A DNA stretch of 62,988 bases, counting the filler, from Basidiobolus ranarum (Eukaryota), in NCBI GenBank assembly GCA_040143965.1. It is 7 parts of 7 records of this genome, joined end to end, with 100 filler letters (N's around TTAATTAATTAA, not from the genome) between each part and the next. Parts side by side here need not be neighbours in the genome. Positions count along the whole stretch, not along the records: positions 45,106 to 54,002 come from JASJQH010000905.1; positions 54,103 to 62,988 come from JASJQH010000906.1; 5 more parts are not named here. One strand, given 5' to 3'. A program made the translations under genes and the position numbers. This document shows, one piece after another, positions 50,061-60,926 of this stretch. The notes under the pieces were generated by a model that was not told the origin of the DNA, searched no databases, and saw only the letters and a list, made by a program, of their open reading frames with translations. The first letter of the stretch is position 1, and the number at the start of each line of letters is the position of its first letter.

Positions 50061-52493
50061 ATGACCACCGTTTTAATTGGTAATTACGATAGTTTCACCT
50101 GGAACGTGTACCAATCTTTACGTGAAGCTGGCGCTAACGTTGTTATGTTCCGTAATGATAAAACTACCGTTGAGCATATAGCCTCTTTGAAACCAAAGAA
50201 TTTGGTTATTTCACCTGGACCTGGACATCCTTCAGAGGATGTTGGCATTTCGAAAGACCTAATTCAGCATTTTTCTGGAAAAATACCCATTCTAGGTATA
50301 TGTCTTGGTGAGCTATGTATACTTCAAATATTTGGTGGTCAGGCCACTCTTACAAGAGAGATTGTACATGGAAAGGTATCCAGAGTAAAGCACGATGGTA
50401 AAGGGTTCTATCATGGAGTTCCTCAAGATATAGCTATCACTTGGTATCATGCACTTGCCGGAGATCCTACCTTTGTACCAAACGAACTCATTGTAACCAG
50501 TCGTACTGATAGTGGGATTATCATGGGAGTCAGACATCAAAAGTATTGCATTGAAGGGATTCTATATCATCCAGAAAGTATTCTTAGCGAACATGGCTCA
50601 ATTTTAATCCAGAACTTCCTGAATTGTCGAGGTGGAACTTGGGAAGAAAACTCTGAATCAACAATGATCCCAACCACTGAACCTACTCTATTGGTAGATA
50701 ACAATAGTGAAAAGAGGGTTCAAATTATCTTTGAAAAAATTCATATACAACGACTTGCAGATATCGCTGAAGCTAAAGCTACTCCAGGTCGTTCAGAAAC
50801 GCAACTTCAAAGACTCCTTGAATTAGGAATTGCCCCATCACAAATTGATTTTGTATCTAGACTACGTCAAGAGTATAGGAAGCCTGCAATCATAGCTGAG
50901 ATCAAGCGTGCATCACCGAGTAAAGGGGATATCAATGTTGACGCGATTGCAGCAGAACACGCTTTGATTTACGCGGAAGCGGGTGCTTCAGTTATTTCAG
51001 TATTAACCGAATCCAAATGGTTCAAAGGATCTCTGCAAGATTTACGCCAAGCCCGAGAAAGTGTATCTAAACTTTCAAATCGACCAGCTATTCTTCGAAA
51101 AGACCTCATCCTTGATTCGTATCAAATTATGGAAGCACGTTTAGAAGGAGCAGATACAGTATTACTCATCGTGGCTATGTTGGAAGAAGATGAAATTCAG
51201 AATCTCATGAAATATTCCAGATCCTTAGGTATGGAGCCTTTGGTGGAGGTTAATAACGTCACGGAAATGAAAAAAGCCCTTGCATTTGGTGCCAAAGTCA
51301 TCGGTGTGAACAATCGAAATCTGCGTATGTTCGATATTGATATGGATAACAAAAGTAGGTTAGTTGAGATGGTACCAGAAGATGTCATTCTTACCGCACT
51401 GAGTGGCATTACCGGCCCACAAGATGTGAGCAAATATATGGAGCAAGGAGTCGGTGCAGTTTTAATCAGTGAAGCTCTGATGAGATCTCCAGATAAAAAG
51501 AAATTCATTCATAGTTTGATCCAGTCAGAGGTAACCACACCAAACACCCAACAATCCACTCCCTTGGTCAAAATTTGTGACGTACGCACAGTTGAAGCAG
51601 TGGAGACAAAACAACAACAGGGCGGAAGTAGTGTGACATTTGATTGGAATATAGCGCAAACATTCCTAAAAGACTCTGTAAATTCGCAAAGAGATCAATT
51701 TCCTATACTCTTGGCCAGTGGAATAACTTCAGAAAATGAAAGCCAGGTTCGCCCTTGGGCAGTAGAGGAGTCAAATGGAATAGAAACCGAAATCAACCCG
51801 AGGGTACAAATTAGGGATGGAAAAATAGTGAAATATGGCCATAATGTAACTCTAGAAGAAGCTCGAACAATTAAGTTTATCAAGGAACACACCAGCATCC
51901 CTGTTCCTGAAATATATGATTACTATACGGACAATGGGAGTAATTATATTGTGATGGAATATATCGAAGGAACCTCATTAGAAAACAAGCTGACAAACAA
52001 AGAACTGGACGAAGTGGATATAGATAACATATGTTTGCAACTGAGAGAATATGTTAATCAATTACGCAATATAAAAGGCAATTATATTGGTACGATCTCT
52101 AAAACATCAATCAGCGATGTAATGTTTGGAGTAATTGGTCCATATGAGAACGAAAAAGCTTTAAATGCACATATTCTAGAAGGTGTAGCACAGACACTAA
52201 AGAATTACTATGCCGATTTTCTCAGAAGCATGTTTATTTCGAAAGGCGAGAGTTCGTTCTACTTAACACATGGCGACCTAACTCCCCGGAACATCATAAT
52301 CGGCGAAAACAACAAAATTATTGGTATAATAGATTGGGAAGGTTCAGGATATTTACCTGAGTACTGGGAATATGCGAGATCAAGAATTGGAGTGTCGTGG
52401 AATGATATATGGTTTTCAAAAATAGAGAAGTTTATTGATCCCCATCACTATGAAAATATGCTGTTTAATATGGTGATGAAGGCATACTTTTAA
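50061..52493 (+). CDS. trpC: Fusion protein: anthranilate synthase component II (TrpG) + indole-3-glycerol-phosphate synthase (TrpC) + truncated PRA isomerase (TrpF) remnant + APH/choline-kinase-like phosphotransferase
   Basis: NYDSFTWN, SPGPGHP, GICLG, HPES (about 50061-50640). AEIKRASPSKG, SVLTE, LRKD, LVEV, GVNNRNL (about 50720-51520). LVKIC...GGSS..FDW...NGIET (about 51561-51791). VKYG, IPVPEIY, MEYIEG, HGDLTPRN, IIDWE, YLPEYWE (about 51792-52493). One uninterrupted 810-aa ORF. Confidence 0.92.
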   Translation: MTTVLIGNYDSFTWNVYQSLREAGANVVMFRNDKTTVEHIASLKPKNLVISPGPGHPSEDVGISKDLIQHFSGKIPILGICLGELCILQIFGGQATLTREIVHGKVSRVKHDGKGFYHGVPQDIAITWYHALAGDPTFVPNELIVTSRTDSGIIMGVRHQKYCIEGILYHPESILSEHGSILIQNFLNCRGGTWEENSESTMIPTTEPTLLVDNNSEKRVQIIFEKIHIQRLADIAEAKATPGRSETQLQRLLELGIAPSQIDFVSRLRQEYRKPAIIAEIKRASPSKGDINVDAIAAEHALIYAEAGASVISVLTESKWFKGSLQDLRQARESVSKLSNRPAILRKDLILDSYQIMEARLEGADTVLLIVAMLEEDEIQNLMKYSRSLGMEPLVEVNNVTEMKKALAFGAKVIGVNNRNLRMFDIDMDNKSRLVEMVPEDVILTALSGITGPQDVSKYMEQGVGAVLISEALMRSPDKKKFIHSLIQSEVTTPNTQQSTPLVKICDVRTVEAVETKQQQGGSSVTFDWNIAQTFLKDSVNSQRDQFPILLASGITSENESQVRPWAVEESNGIETEINPRVQIRDGKIVKYGHNVTLEEARTIKFIKEHTSIPVPEIYDYYTDNGSNYIVMEYIEGTSLENKLTNKELDEVDIDNICLQLREYVNQLRNIKGNYIGTISKTSISDVMFGVIGPYENEKALNAHILEGVAQTLKNYYADFLRSMFISKGESSFYLTHGDLTPRNIIIGENNKIIGIIDWEGSGYLPEYWEYARSRIGVSWNDIWFSKIEKFIDPHHYENMLFNMVMKAYF

Positions 52494-52497
52494 CAAA

Positions 52498-52856
52498 TAG
52501 GGCGGGATGAAAAGCACCTAGTGGTGTGAACTTTATTTAGCCTATGTACTAATTTAAATAAAGTGGTAATTAAGACATCAATCTCTTAAGATATTGTGAC
52601 AATACTCAATCATATCCATACTTAACTTGATGACCAATGTAAGCAAGTTCTGAGGATGTAAACATAGTGTTCAGGAGCAAAGGTGGAATGCAGAAAGGAA
52701 GGTACTAAGTACAAACTAAATGGATAATAGGACAAAAACCTGGAATAACAGGGATCACGAAAGGTGTCTTGGAGGCAAGGTATTGCTTCCAAAGGTCTAG
52801 CTGGAAGTCTATAGCAACAATTCTAGGCAGTTTTGTTTCATGCAGTTGTAAAGCTA
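52498..52856 (-). mobile_element. 5'-truncated 3' end of a non-LTR (LINE-like) retrotransposon
   Basis: Diverged direct copy of about 53245-53602 (ALQLHETK.P.IVAIDFQLDLWKQYLASKTPF plus 3' UTR with AATAAA). Confidence 0.75.
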
Positions 52857-53244
52857 CCCTAACAAAAATAAAATCAATTTGATCTGGATTGGATCCACCC
52901 TCCAAAATAGCAAAACTGTCAGAGAACTGTCACAATATTGGTGGCTTGCATTCTGCCAGGGACTTTAATGGTGTAATGGTGGTTTCTTGATAGTATTTTG
53001 ATGGCATTCATACATGTTAAAATATTGATCCTCAAATTTGGCATGCGTTATTCAATATCCAGCAATTTTTGCAAAAAAATAATTTTCAAATGGCAAATTA
53101 CTGGGTTTACTGCTGTAGGAATTTGAATTATTATGCATGCCTTTATTTGGATATTTTAGGCATTGTATTCCAGCCATAATGAGAATCAAAAAATACAAGA
53201 ATCTTGTTGTGTTTAGTCTCTACATATACACATACTTGACTGAT

Positions 53245-54002
53245 TAGGGGGGATGAAAAGCACCAGATGGTGTGGACTTTATTTAGCTTGAATACTAATC
53301 TAAACAAAGTGACAATCAAGACATCCATTTTTTAAGATATTGTGACAATACTGGATCATATCCATACTTAACCTGATGACCAAGGTGATCAAGCTCAGAG
53401 GATGTAAATATAGTGTTAAGGGGCAAAGATGATAAGCAGAAAGGAAGGTACTTAGTACAAACCAGATGGACAATAGGACAAAAACGTGGAATAATCAGAA
53501 TTAAGAAAGGTGTCTTGGAGGCAAGGTATTGCTTCCAAAGGTCTAGCTGGAAGTCTATAGCAACAATTTTAGGCTGTTTTGTTTCATGCAGCTGTAAAGC
53601 TAACTCAGAAACCAAAGGATCATCTTGTATCAATTTCCAGCATGATGGTGCATTTGAAGATGGTGTGGATAGCCACTTCTTAATCAGTGGATTTCTGCAG
53701 TCATTTGGTTGGCATAGAAATCTTGCCCTGAGTAAAACTACTCTAATATGATATGGGAAGAATCCAAAAGTTCCATTCAGAGCATGATCATAGGGAGTCT
53801 CAGGCAAGTCAGGCATCAGCAGCCTGAGGCAGTAGCTGATGAATCTATCAAGCTTAGAGTAGTCTCTTTGGTTGAGTGGGAGTAGATGTACTCCATATTC
53901 CAGAACTGGTATCACAAACTGCTTGAGAAGTCTTTGACAGCCATGATAAGATGTATTAGGGGGTGTAACAGCAAGCAACTTGTGAACAGCCTGTTTGGCC
54001 AA
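53245..54002 (-). mobile_element. Non-LTR retrotransposon ORF2 C-terminal region and 3' end, cut by the contig end
   Basis: ORF 53316..54002 contains LLKQFVIPVLEYG...KLDRFISYCLR, resembling the post-RT thumb motif of LINE ORF2. CpG-depleted and duplicated nearby. Confidence 0.7.
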
Positions 54003-54165
54003 NNNNNNNNNNNNNNNNNNNNNNNNNNNNNNNNNNNNNNNNNNNNTTAATTAATTAANNNNNNNNNNNNNNNNNNNNNNNNNNNNNNNNNNNNNNNNNN
54101 NNTAATAAGAGGGTATAGATGTTCGAAGTACAAATTCACAGTCCATGAACTGTTTAGAGTATATA

Positions 54166-54302
54166 TGTAATACTCAATCATCTTACTCAAGTGTGCCATT
54201 ATCTGTCTCCGATATCTACCATCCGAAATACATAATTAAATATGCATAGTTAGATACTCGATCAGGAAATTTCAAACTTGGGTGAGATGATTCAGTATTG
54301 CA
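54166..54302. mobile_element. Short diverged MITE-like element
   Basis: Left end TGTAATACTCAATCATCTTACTCA (54166-54189); right end 54279-54302 is its inverse with 4 of 24 mismatches; preceded by TA. Confidence 0.55.
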
Positions 54303-55370
54303 TGTATATCCTGAACAAACCGTTGATCATGGAAACCATTGACACTGATTAATGGGATGCTTGATTAGCCATCTTTTACCTTTATATTCGCTTACCATCA
54401 TGATGTTTGATCCTCAGTTATGTAGTTGCTCCTTACCTCGTCCTCGCATCTTCGAAATAGTATGCCAATAAATAGGGTAGTTGTTGACATCTTATAAGTT
54501 TCAGTACTAAACTTTCGAACAATCCAGATAGTGATGGAGTTGAATCCTGTTCGCGTATTTTCTAGGTCGTAATTAGATTGATGCTGGCAATGAAAGTCTG
54601 AATCAGGACTTGATTGCACAAATATCCAATGCTGATTTTCTTCTTGACCATCTACATAGCAGATATCATTGCAATCCCTTCACACACTCATTGTGTTGCA
54701 AGATAGCATCAACTATGCGCATCTATGAAGATCTTGAACCATCCAATATTTTAGACAGATAGAAGCATCAACTCAAGTTACTTGACATGTTAACTACCAA
54801 TCACCACAATTATTCCCAATTGCATCATTACTCTAAGACCTGATTGCCACTTGTTTTGTTACTACTTTTATACAGATTTGAGTATCAAAAGGATCGATAA
54901 AATATGGTAAGAAGTATTCCGAGAGTCCGAATGATATGCCGGGGTTTCTGGTTTCTTATTTGACTGACTTCAAACGACAGTATAAAAATATCGATGCTAT
55001 CACAGAATGTCAAACCACTTCAAATCATCGAGACCACTTTGCAGTATCCAGGGGTAAATTTTCTTTCTTTTTCTTTTCTTTTCTTTCACTCCCATCCACG
55101 CTATTCAAAGGTCTGTATTTACCATTACTGACGGTTTGTAATCACAGGTCTACCATTTATGCCTCAAATGGTCTCTGTGATGGTACGGATGCATATGTAG
55201 CTTCAAATAAATTCCCAACGAATGAGGGACAGTTACAAGGGAAATGAAATCGATGAACTTCTCCGCCAAAGTATGTCCGGTCTGGTATCCCTGACGAGGA
55301 TCGGTACATAATCCTAGATCATTGAGGACATCTTTTATATTCCAAGTCAATGGTTTGTTTAATATAAGTA

Positions 55371-55625
55371 TGTAATACTCAATCACCTTACTCATGTCTG
55401 TAATTTCCTATCTTACAATGGAAATATTGGTTCCTTCGCAAACCTTGGTCTACTCACATGCCAACTAACATTCCAGTGCTATTTGAAACGCTTTCATCAG
55501 TTTGTACTCAACATCCCTGAATGAGAGTCTATCATAATGTGCGAAGGAGCCGACAAGCATTTTTGCAGAATTTACGATTCTTAGTCAGGAAACAGCGATC
55601 TTGAGTAAGGTGATTGAGTATTACA
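55371..55625. mobile_element. MITE-like element, 255 bp, perfect 24-bp terminal inverted repeats, flanked by TA
   Basis: TGTAATACTCAATCACCTTACTCA (55371-55394) and its exact reverse complement (55602-55625); TA at 55369-55370 and 55626-55627. Confidence 0.78.
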
Positions 55626-56475
55626 TATCTATATCGAACGAACCATTGATGTGAAGCATATGAAGTGTGAGCACCCTTGTTTTCACCAATCTCCAGGGTA
55701 TAATTCTGTATGTACACCCACCGAACTTGTATAATTCTCGAATGGTTATTAATATGTGGAAGTTATTGTATTGTGTACACACCACCTTTTGGTACCAAAT
55801 GTATCCAAATCTTGCTAAAATAAATCAGAATGATTCAGGAATCTTACTCTGCTGATTAATCCGAGTAAATATCAAGTAGACTCATACGAATGATTCAGTA
55901 TCAATATACATTCTCTATATAATGCTATCATTACTCCATTGCCCCCATTTCAATCAAGTGCACAAGTATAATATGAACGAATTATAATCCGTCGCAGAGC
56001 AGTTTCATACCCCTCATCGAGTGTGGCCAACATCCCACCAAATTTGTAAGCTATGAAAACAAAGGATTGACAACTCTGCTCATATATCATCTGACAATAG
56101 CACAGTGAGGTGTTCAGCATTCAGATGTGGTGGATATGTCACAACTCATTAGCCCATTAATTAGCAATCAAATAACTGTTCAAGTCGAGCGATGTCATAT
56201 CAACTTTTGACAGCTAATTCGTAGCAGTTGGTGCGGCTCGATTGGACCAATATTTAACATGGATGTGAATCAACTGTTGTATGCATGATATCCATGCAGT
56301 TTCCTAATAAGAGGGCAAATGGTAGGTAGATCAAAATATATCAGATTTTTATTATTTCACTAATAATGTAATTATCATGCTAATTTACTTGGTTTATAAT
56401 AGGATCACAATATGTTTATTTCCAATTGAACGTATATAAGAGCTGGATCAATCATAGCAGTGAAAGCTAATCAAA

Positions 56476-57411
56476 ATGTTAGGACAAACTGGTAACCTTA
56501 ACATCCGCACACCTCCATTTGTGCTAAATCTTTACAAGTAAATCTCTTTTCTTTTCTATTTTTACCCTTCCCAGCCTTCGCATGATCTATCATTTTTCCT
56601 AAGGTGTTTGCTTGCTAACTTGCTTCATCTTCTAGAATACTTTCAGAGAAAAGTTACTCTGATATGATAGCTTGGGAGCGATCAGGCACCAGATTTATCA
56701 TTAAAGACCCAATCAACTTCGCTTCTAAAGTGCTTCCTCAATACTATATGACCAACAAATTGGCTTCATTCTCCCGTCAATTAAACGTAAGCCTCAATGG
56801 TCGGTGTTGCTGTTAATGTGATGGCTTATTAATCTTTCGGATAGATTTATGGCTTCTACCGAGTTTCTGACCGACGAAGGAATAGTCAATGCAGCGATAC
56901 ATCCATGATAATCTATGTTCATCAACATTTCAAGCGGGACAAACTAGATTCTCTTCATCTCATCAAACGTATGGCGAGTTCATATCCTCGTGCAACTTTC
57001 AGACTTTCAAAACTTCAGGTACATGGCTCAAAGTCAAAGTCCGTTCCTTCGACCATTTCACCAATATCCACTTCATCCTTGAACTCCCTTGCGACATGCC
57101 AACATGAATGTGGAGTAAAATGCGCTGCAGTAGCAGCCCATGCCTGTATGAATTGCAAGATACTTACTCAGGAGATAGTGAATCTGAATAGAACGATTGA
57201 GTATTATAAGTCTATTGTACACGAACCATCAATACTAGATGAAATGAATTATACCAATTATCAAGATTTTTGCTCACCAGATATGTCACTATCCCTATAC
57301 TCGACCAACGCTTTACCTTTCTCATTAGAAAAGGTTACTTCCGATGAAAATACTTATTCCAGTTTCAATCTGAATCATTGCTCACAACTCGTTGATAATA
57401 TTGAAATGTGA
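56476..57411 (+). CDS. HSF-type DNA-binding protein, paralog 1 (exons 56476-56537, 56636-56786, 56845-57411)
   Basis: PFVLNLYKIL...IAWERSGTRFII...FASKVLPQYYMTNKLASFSRQLNIYGFYRV...HQHFKRDKLDSLHLIKR; TATATAA at about 56433. Confidence 0.9.
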
Positions 57412-59908
57412 TAAATCTATATACATACTATTCATTCTGCAGGCTTGGTAAAAGGATGTGTGGTTATTTTGATGGTACTGGTAAGTCACTAGGATTTTGG
57501 AGGGATAAATCTTAGTTTAGATATTCATATGATCATTTTTATTCCATGTATCACATAGTTTTTTATGTTTGACTCTGTGAATGAAACGAGCATTGATTGT
57601 GTGGAAAGAGCTACATGTTTACTAAAAATAGTAGATATGTGAAGTATTCTTTATCAATACACAACTTTTCGAATGGCAAGGATCTTGACCAGGAAAGGCA
57701 AGCAAAGGATTGAGTATTACGTGTGTATGTTTGCGTTAGTTCTTGCAGCAAGTTTAGACGAAATAGTGTATAAAATAGGAAGAACACTGGATTTCAACTT
57801 CTAGTCGGAGATATCGAATTTCACGATGTTAGTACACGCTGTATGACTGGAGCATAATCAATATCACAAATTGCGATCAGAAGTTCTGTGTGAGTTCAGT
57901 AGTATCGCATTAACTTGTGGCTGCGATGGTCTCAATGTCAAAGAAACTTTAGAACTCGTTTGTTTAGACCCAGGGTTAGTACACTCCAGATACATTAGGG
58001 TTAGGGCACATATACATACATGGTAGGTATGTTTTTAGAAATTGTGACTATTCTGTTTTTCTTTGGCCGATCATCTCCTTACTGATCCCAAGTTACCTTC
58101 GAGGTCATACTTTCATCATTGTACATCACATACCATGAAAGCTGGTGCAATCGGATGGTCATTGTGATTCATGAATAATCTTGTATTTCAAAGTAGGAGG
58201 ATACTGGCAATAACACAAATTTACTTGAGACCAACCAAGTGAATCCTGGATTTTAAATGGAAAATGGGTTACAAATTTGCACTAGTAACTTCCAATTTTT
58301 CTAAAGTAATGCCTGTTCAATAAAAAACTCAAAATTGAAATCAACTGCAATGAGTTGACAAAAAAGAATAATTTGTATTGGAGAAAAATCTCCAATATTC
58401 TCTTATGTTTTTAGGTTGCTAAGGAAGTAAATGAAAAATAAAATTCAGATTATTTTCAACAGCAAGTTGACAAAAAACTCAATCTTTCAGAGACTTGTTT
58501 CTTTTTAAATCGAAGTTCTGATTATGGCACTCTTCTCTCAGGGGTTAAGTCTTTGGCTAGTTTGAGTAAGGATTTCAAAAAAATCTGACGTAGGATGAAA
58601 CAAATGAATTCTCCTGACAAAGTTTTATAAGTATCTATAATTGAATGGATATGAAATCGAGATCTTCTCATGGTTTCAGCACTGGTTTACTGAGCAAGCT
58701 TACTTTTCTAGAATAAATGTGTTACAATTTTCTTGCTGACATTGGATTATTTTGCCAGAGGTGAAACAATCAGAAAAAGCATGACTCATCATATCATCAG
58801 TGAATATATCTCCAAGATCCCAATATCAGTTATATAGTGCACCAGATTTGTCCCAACTATGGTCACATGGTTTCACTGTATATTGGTATCGAGAAGCAAA
58901 ACCAGATTTATAAATATGCCCAAAATAAGAAAGATGAAACATGGGATCAGAATTGAGTAATTGCCTCATTCCAGAATAGGCTGAGATATGGACAAGCTGA
59001 TGGCAGTGCACGATTCATTTTAGACAAGTCATTTGGCCAGGACATGAATATGTTTCAAAAATCATTGGATTGTAAGCAAGAAATCTCAAATAACAAAATG
59101 TGTGGTAATTGTACTCCACTTCTCAGTATCGCTTATTTCAACCATCAACATATTGTGAGTAGAGGTCAGTTATATTTGCTGCAAAACTGGAGAGTTAGAT
59201 TAATCAACTTACTGCGAAAAATAGGGTTGAACATGTGTATATATGTGAGATTGGCCAGCAGTAGGGTCTATAATTACATCACTATATACACTGCGCTCTA
59301 GAATAAAAAGCCTAGGACTTTATATAACTGAGCTGACATTTATCCAATGGTGGCAACTACAAAGCTAAACACAACACTACAACCTCACATGAAAGCATCA
59401 ATCAATCAATCATATTGAAATCTACTTATTGTGATGAAAGACAAATCAAGTCAGGCAAGCCAAATGTTCAAGTTGGAAACTACATCTATGCAGCGAATCG
59501 GTATGGCGATTACCATTCTCTATACACTAACGATGTTCTCGTCATTATTTACTATTCCTATCACAATCGATCCTGCACAATCGCCGATTTCTCATCTATT
59601 TCGGATTTACCAGTCTCTAGGCGATCATTTAGCATAAATCCACTGTATAAGCCCACCCACATCTCCATAATAAGTTGATTCTATTGAGATCAGCTATAAA
59701 TGAATTCAGTGAGACACGAATATCATAACTTATACTGATGGTTTTACATCAGTGCTTTCAAAAGTAATAAATATTCAGTATAGAAATATTTTTATCTGGT
59801 TAGAGAAATTCAGAGTACATCTTAGTGGCACCTTGCCAAATTCTATCTCTTGTATATGGTCTACATATATATAAAGCCTGGCATTATCGTGGAAAGTTAG
59901 AATCATTC

Positions 59909-60926
59909 ATGATGCTACGGGGTCGCACCGGCAAACTTAGCATTCGCATACCTTTGTTTGTGCTGAAGCTTTACCAGTAAATTCCTTTCCTTTTTATCCC
60001 TTCCCTCCTCTCCCCTCCTCTTCACTTCCGATATGTTTACCCTCTCTCTACTATTCCGTACCATGTCATCTTATGCTAACTTGATTAACTATTTAGAATA
60101 CTTTCAGAACAAAAGTATACTGACATAATAGCCTGGGAGGAATCGGGCACCAGGTTCATTATCAAAGATCAATTGACTTTTGCCTCGAAGGTACTCCCAC
60201 AATATTACGAAACTAGTAAATTTGCCTCATTTTCTCGCCAATTAAACGTAAGTATTAATGGTTTGAGTTGTGTTAAAGTGACAACTTACCAATATCTTGA
60301 ATAGATTTATGGTTTCTACCGAGTTTCTGACCAACGGAGGACAAAGCAGTGCAGTGATACTTCCATGATAATCTATTCCCATCAACATTTCATGAGAGGA
60401 CAACCAAACTCTCTTCATCTTATTCAACGTATGCCGGGTCCATATACCCAACCAAAATCTAGATCTCCAACCTCAGAACCAACTACAGTCCTCAAGCCAA
60501 TAACCTCCCCCCCCAGTATTGTCACTACCAACCTCCTCTACCTACCCACAATCGAGCTCAATGCAAGGAGGCGAATCCAGGTATTTCGAAGAGTCAACAA
60601 ACGCTTGCTTAGGTTGTCAAGTTCTGGAACAGGAGATTACAAATTTGAGGAGAGTGATTATACACTATACATCGATCTTAAGGGAATCTTTAGAATTGGA
60701 TAGGTTAAAATCACAAAAGACACCAATAACTTATCCACCCTTTCAAGAGGCACGGTCATCACAGATGCCATATCTTACTACACCTTCCTCCCCCCTTTTC
60801 CCTTTCTCTTTAGTAGGGAATCCTTCAAACTCATACTCTAATATTTATCCTTGTAATTCCTATGACTCCCCATCAATTGCAAATTTGCCATTGTTTCCTA
60901 ATGTTTCATATTTTGATACATTATAA
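59909..60926 (+). CDS. HSF-type DNA-binding protein, paralog 2 (exons 59909-59976, 60097-60247, 60305-60926) with an apparent +1 frameshift at a C8 run
   Basis: Same introns and DNA-binding domain as paralog 1. The paralogous C-terminal ACLGCQVLEQEITNL segment lies in a different frame after 60507-60514. Confidence 0.82.

Noticed and set aside
47328-52493. Possible biosynthetic gene cluster around the Trp-kinase fusion (psilocybin-like)
   Set aside because: No decarboxylase, methyltransferase, P450 or transporter is visible in this contig. The neighbours are a CCCH RNA-binding gene and LINE fragments, and other contigs are unlinked.
54398-55855. Several 60-100 aa ORFs in the region upstream of the HSF array
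   Set aside because: No recognisable motifs or coding-like composition; they overlap MITE-like repeats and are probably spurious.
57970-58007. Telomere-like TTAGGGTTAGGG
   Set aside because: Only two units, internal to the contig; compatible with chance.
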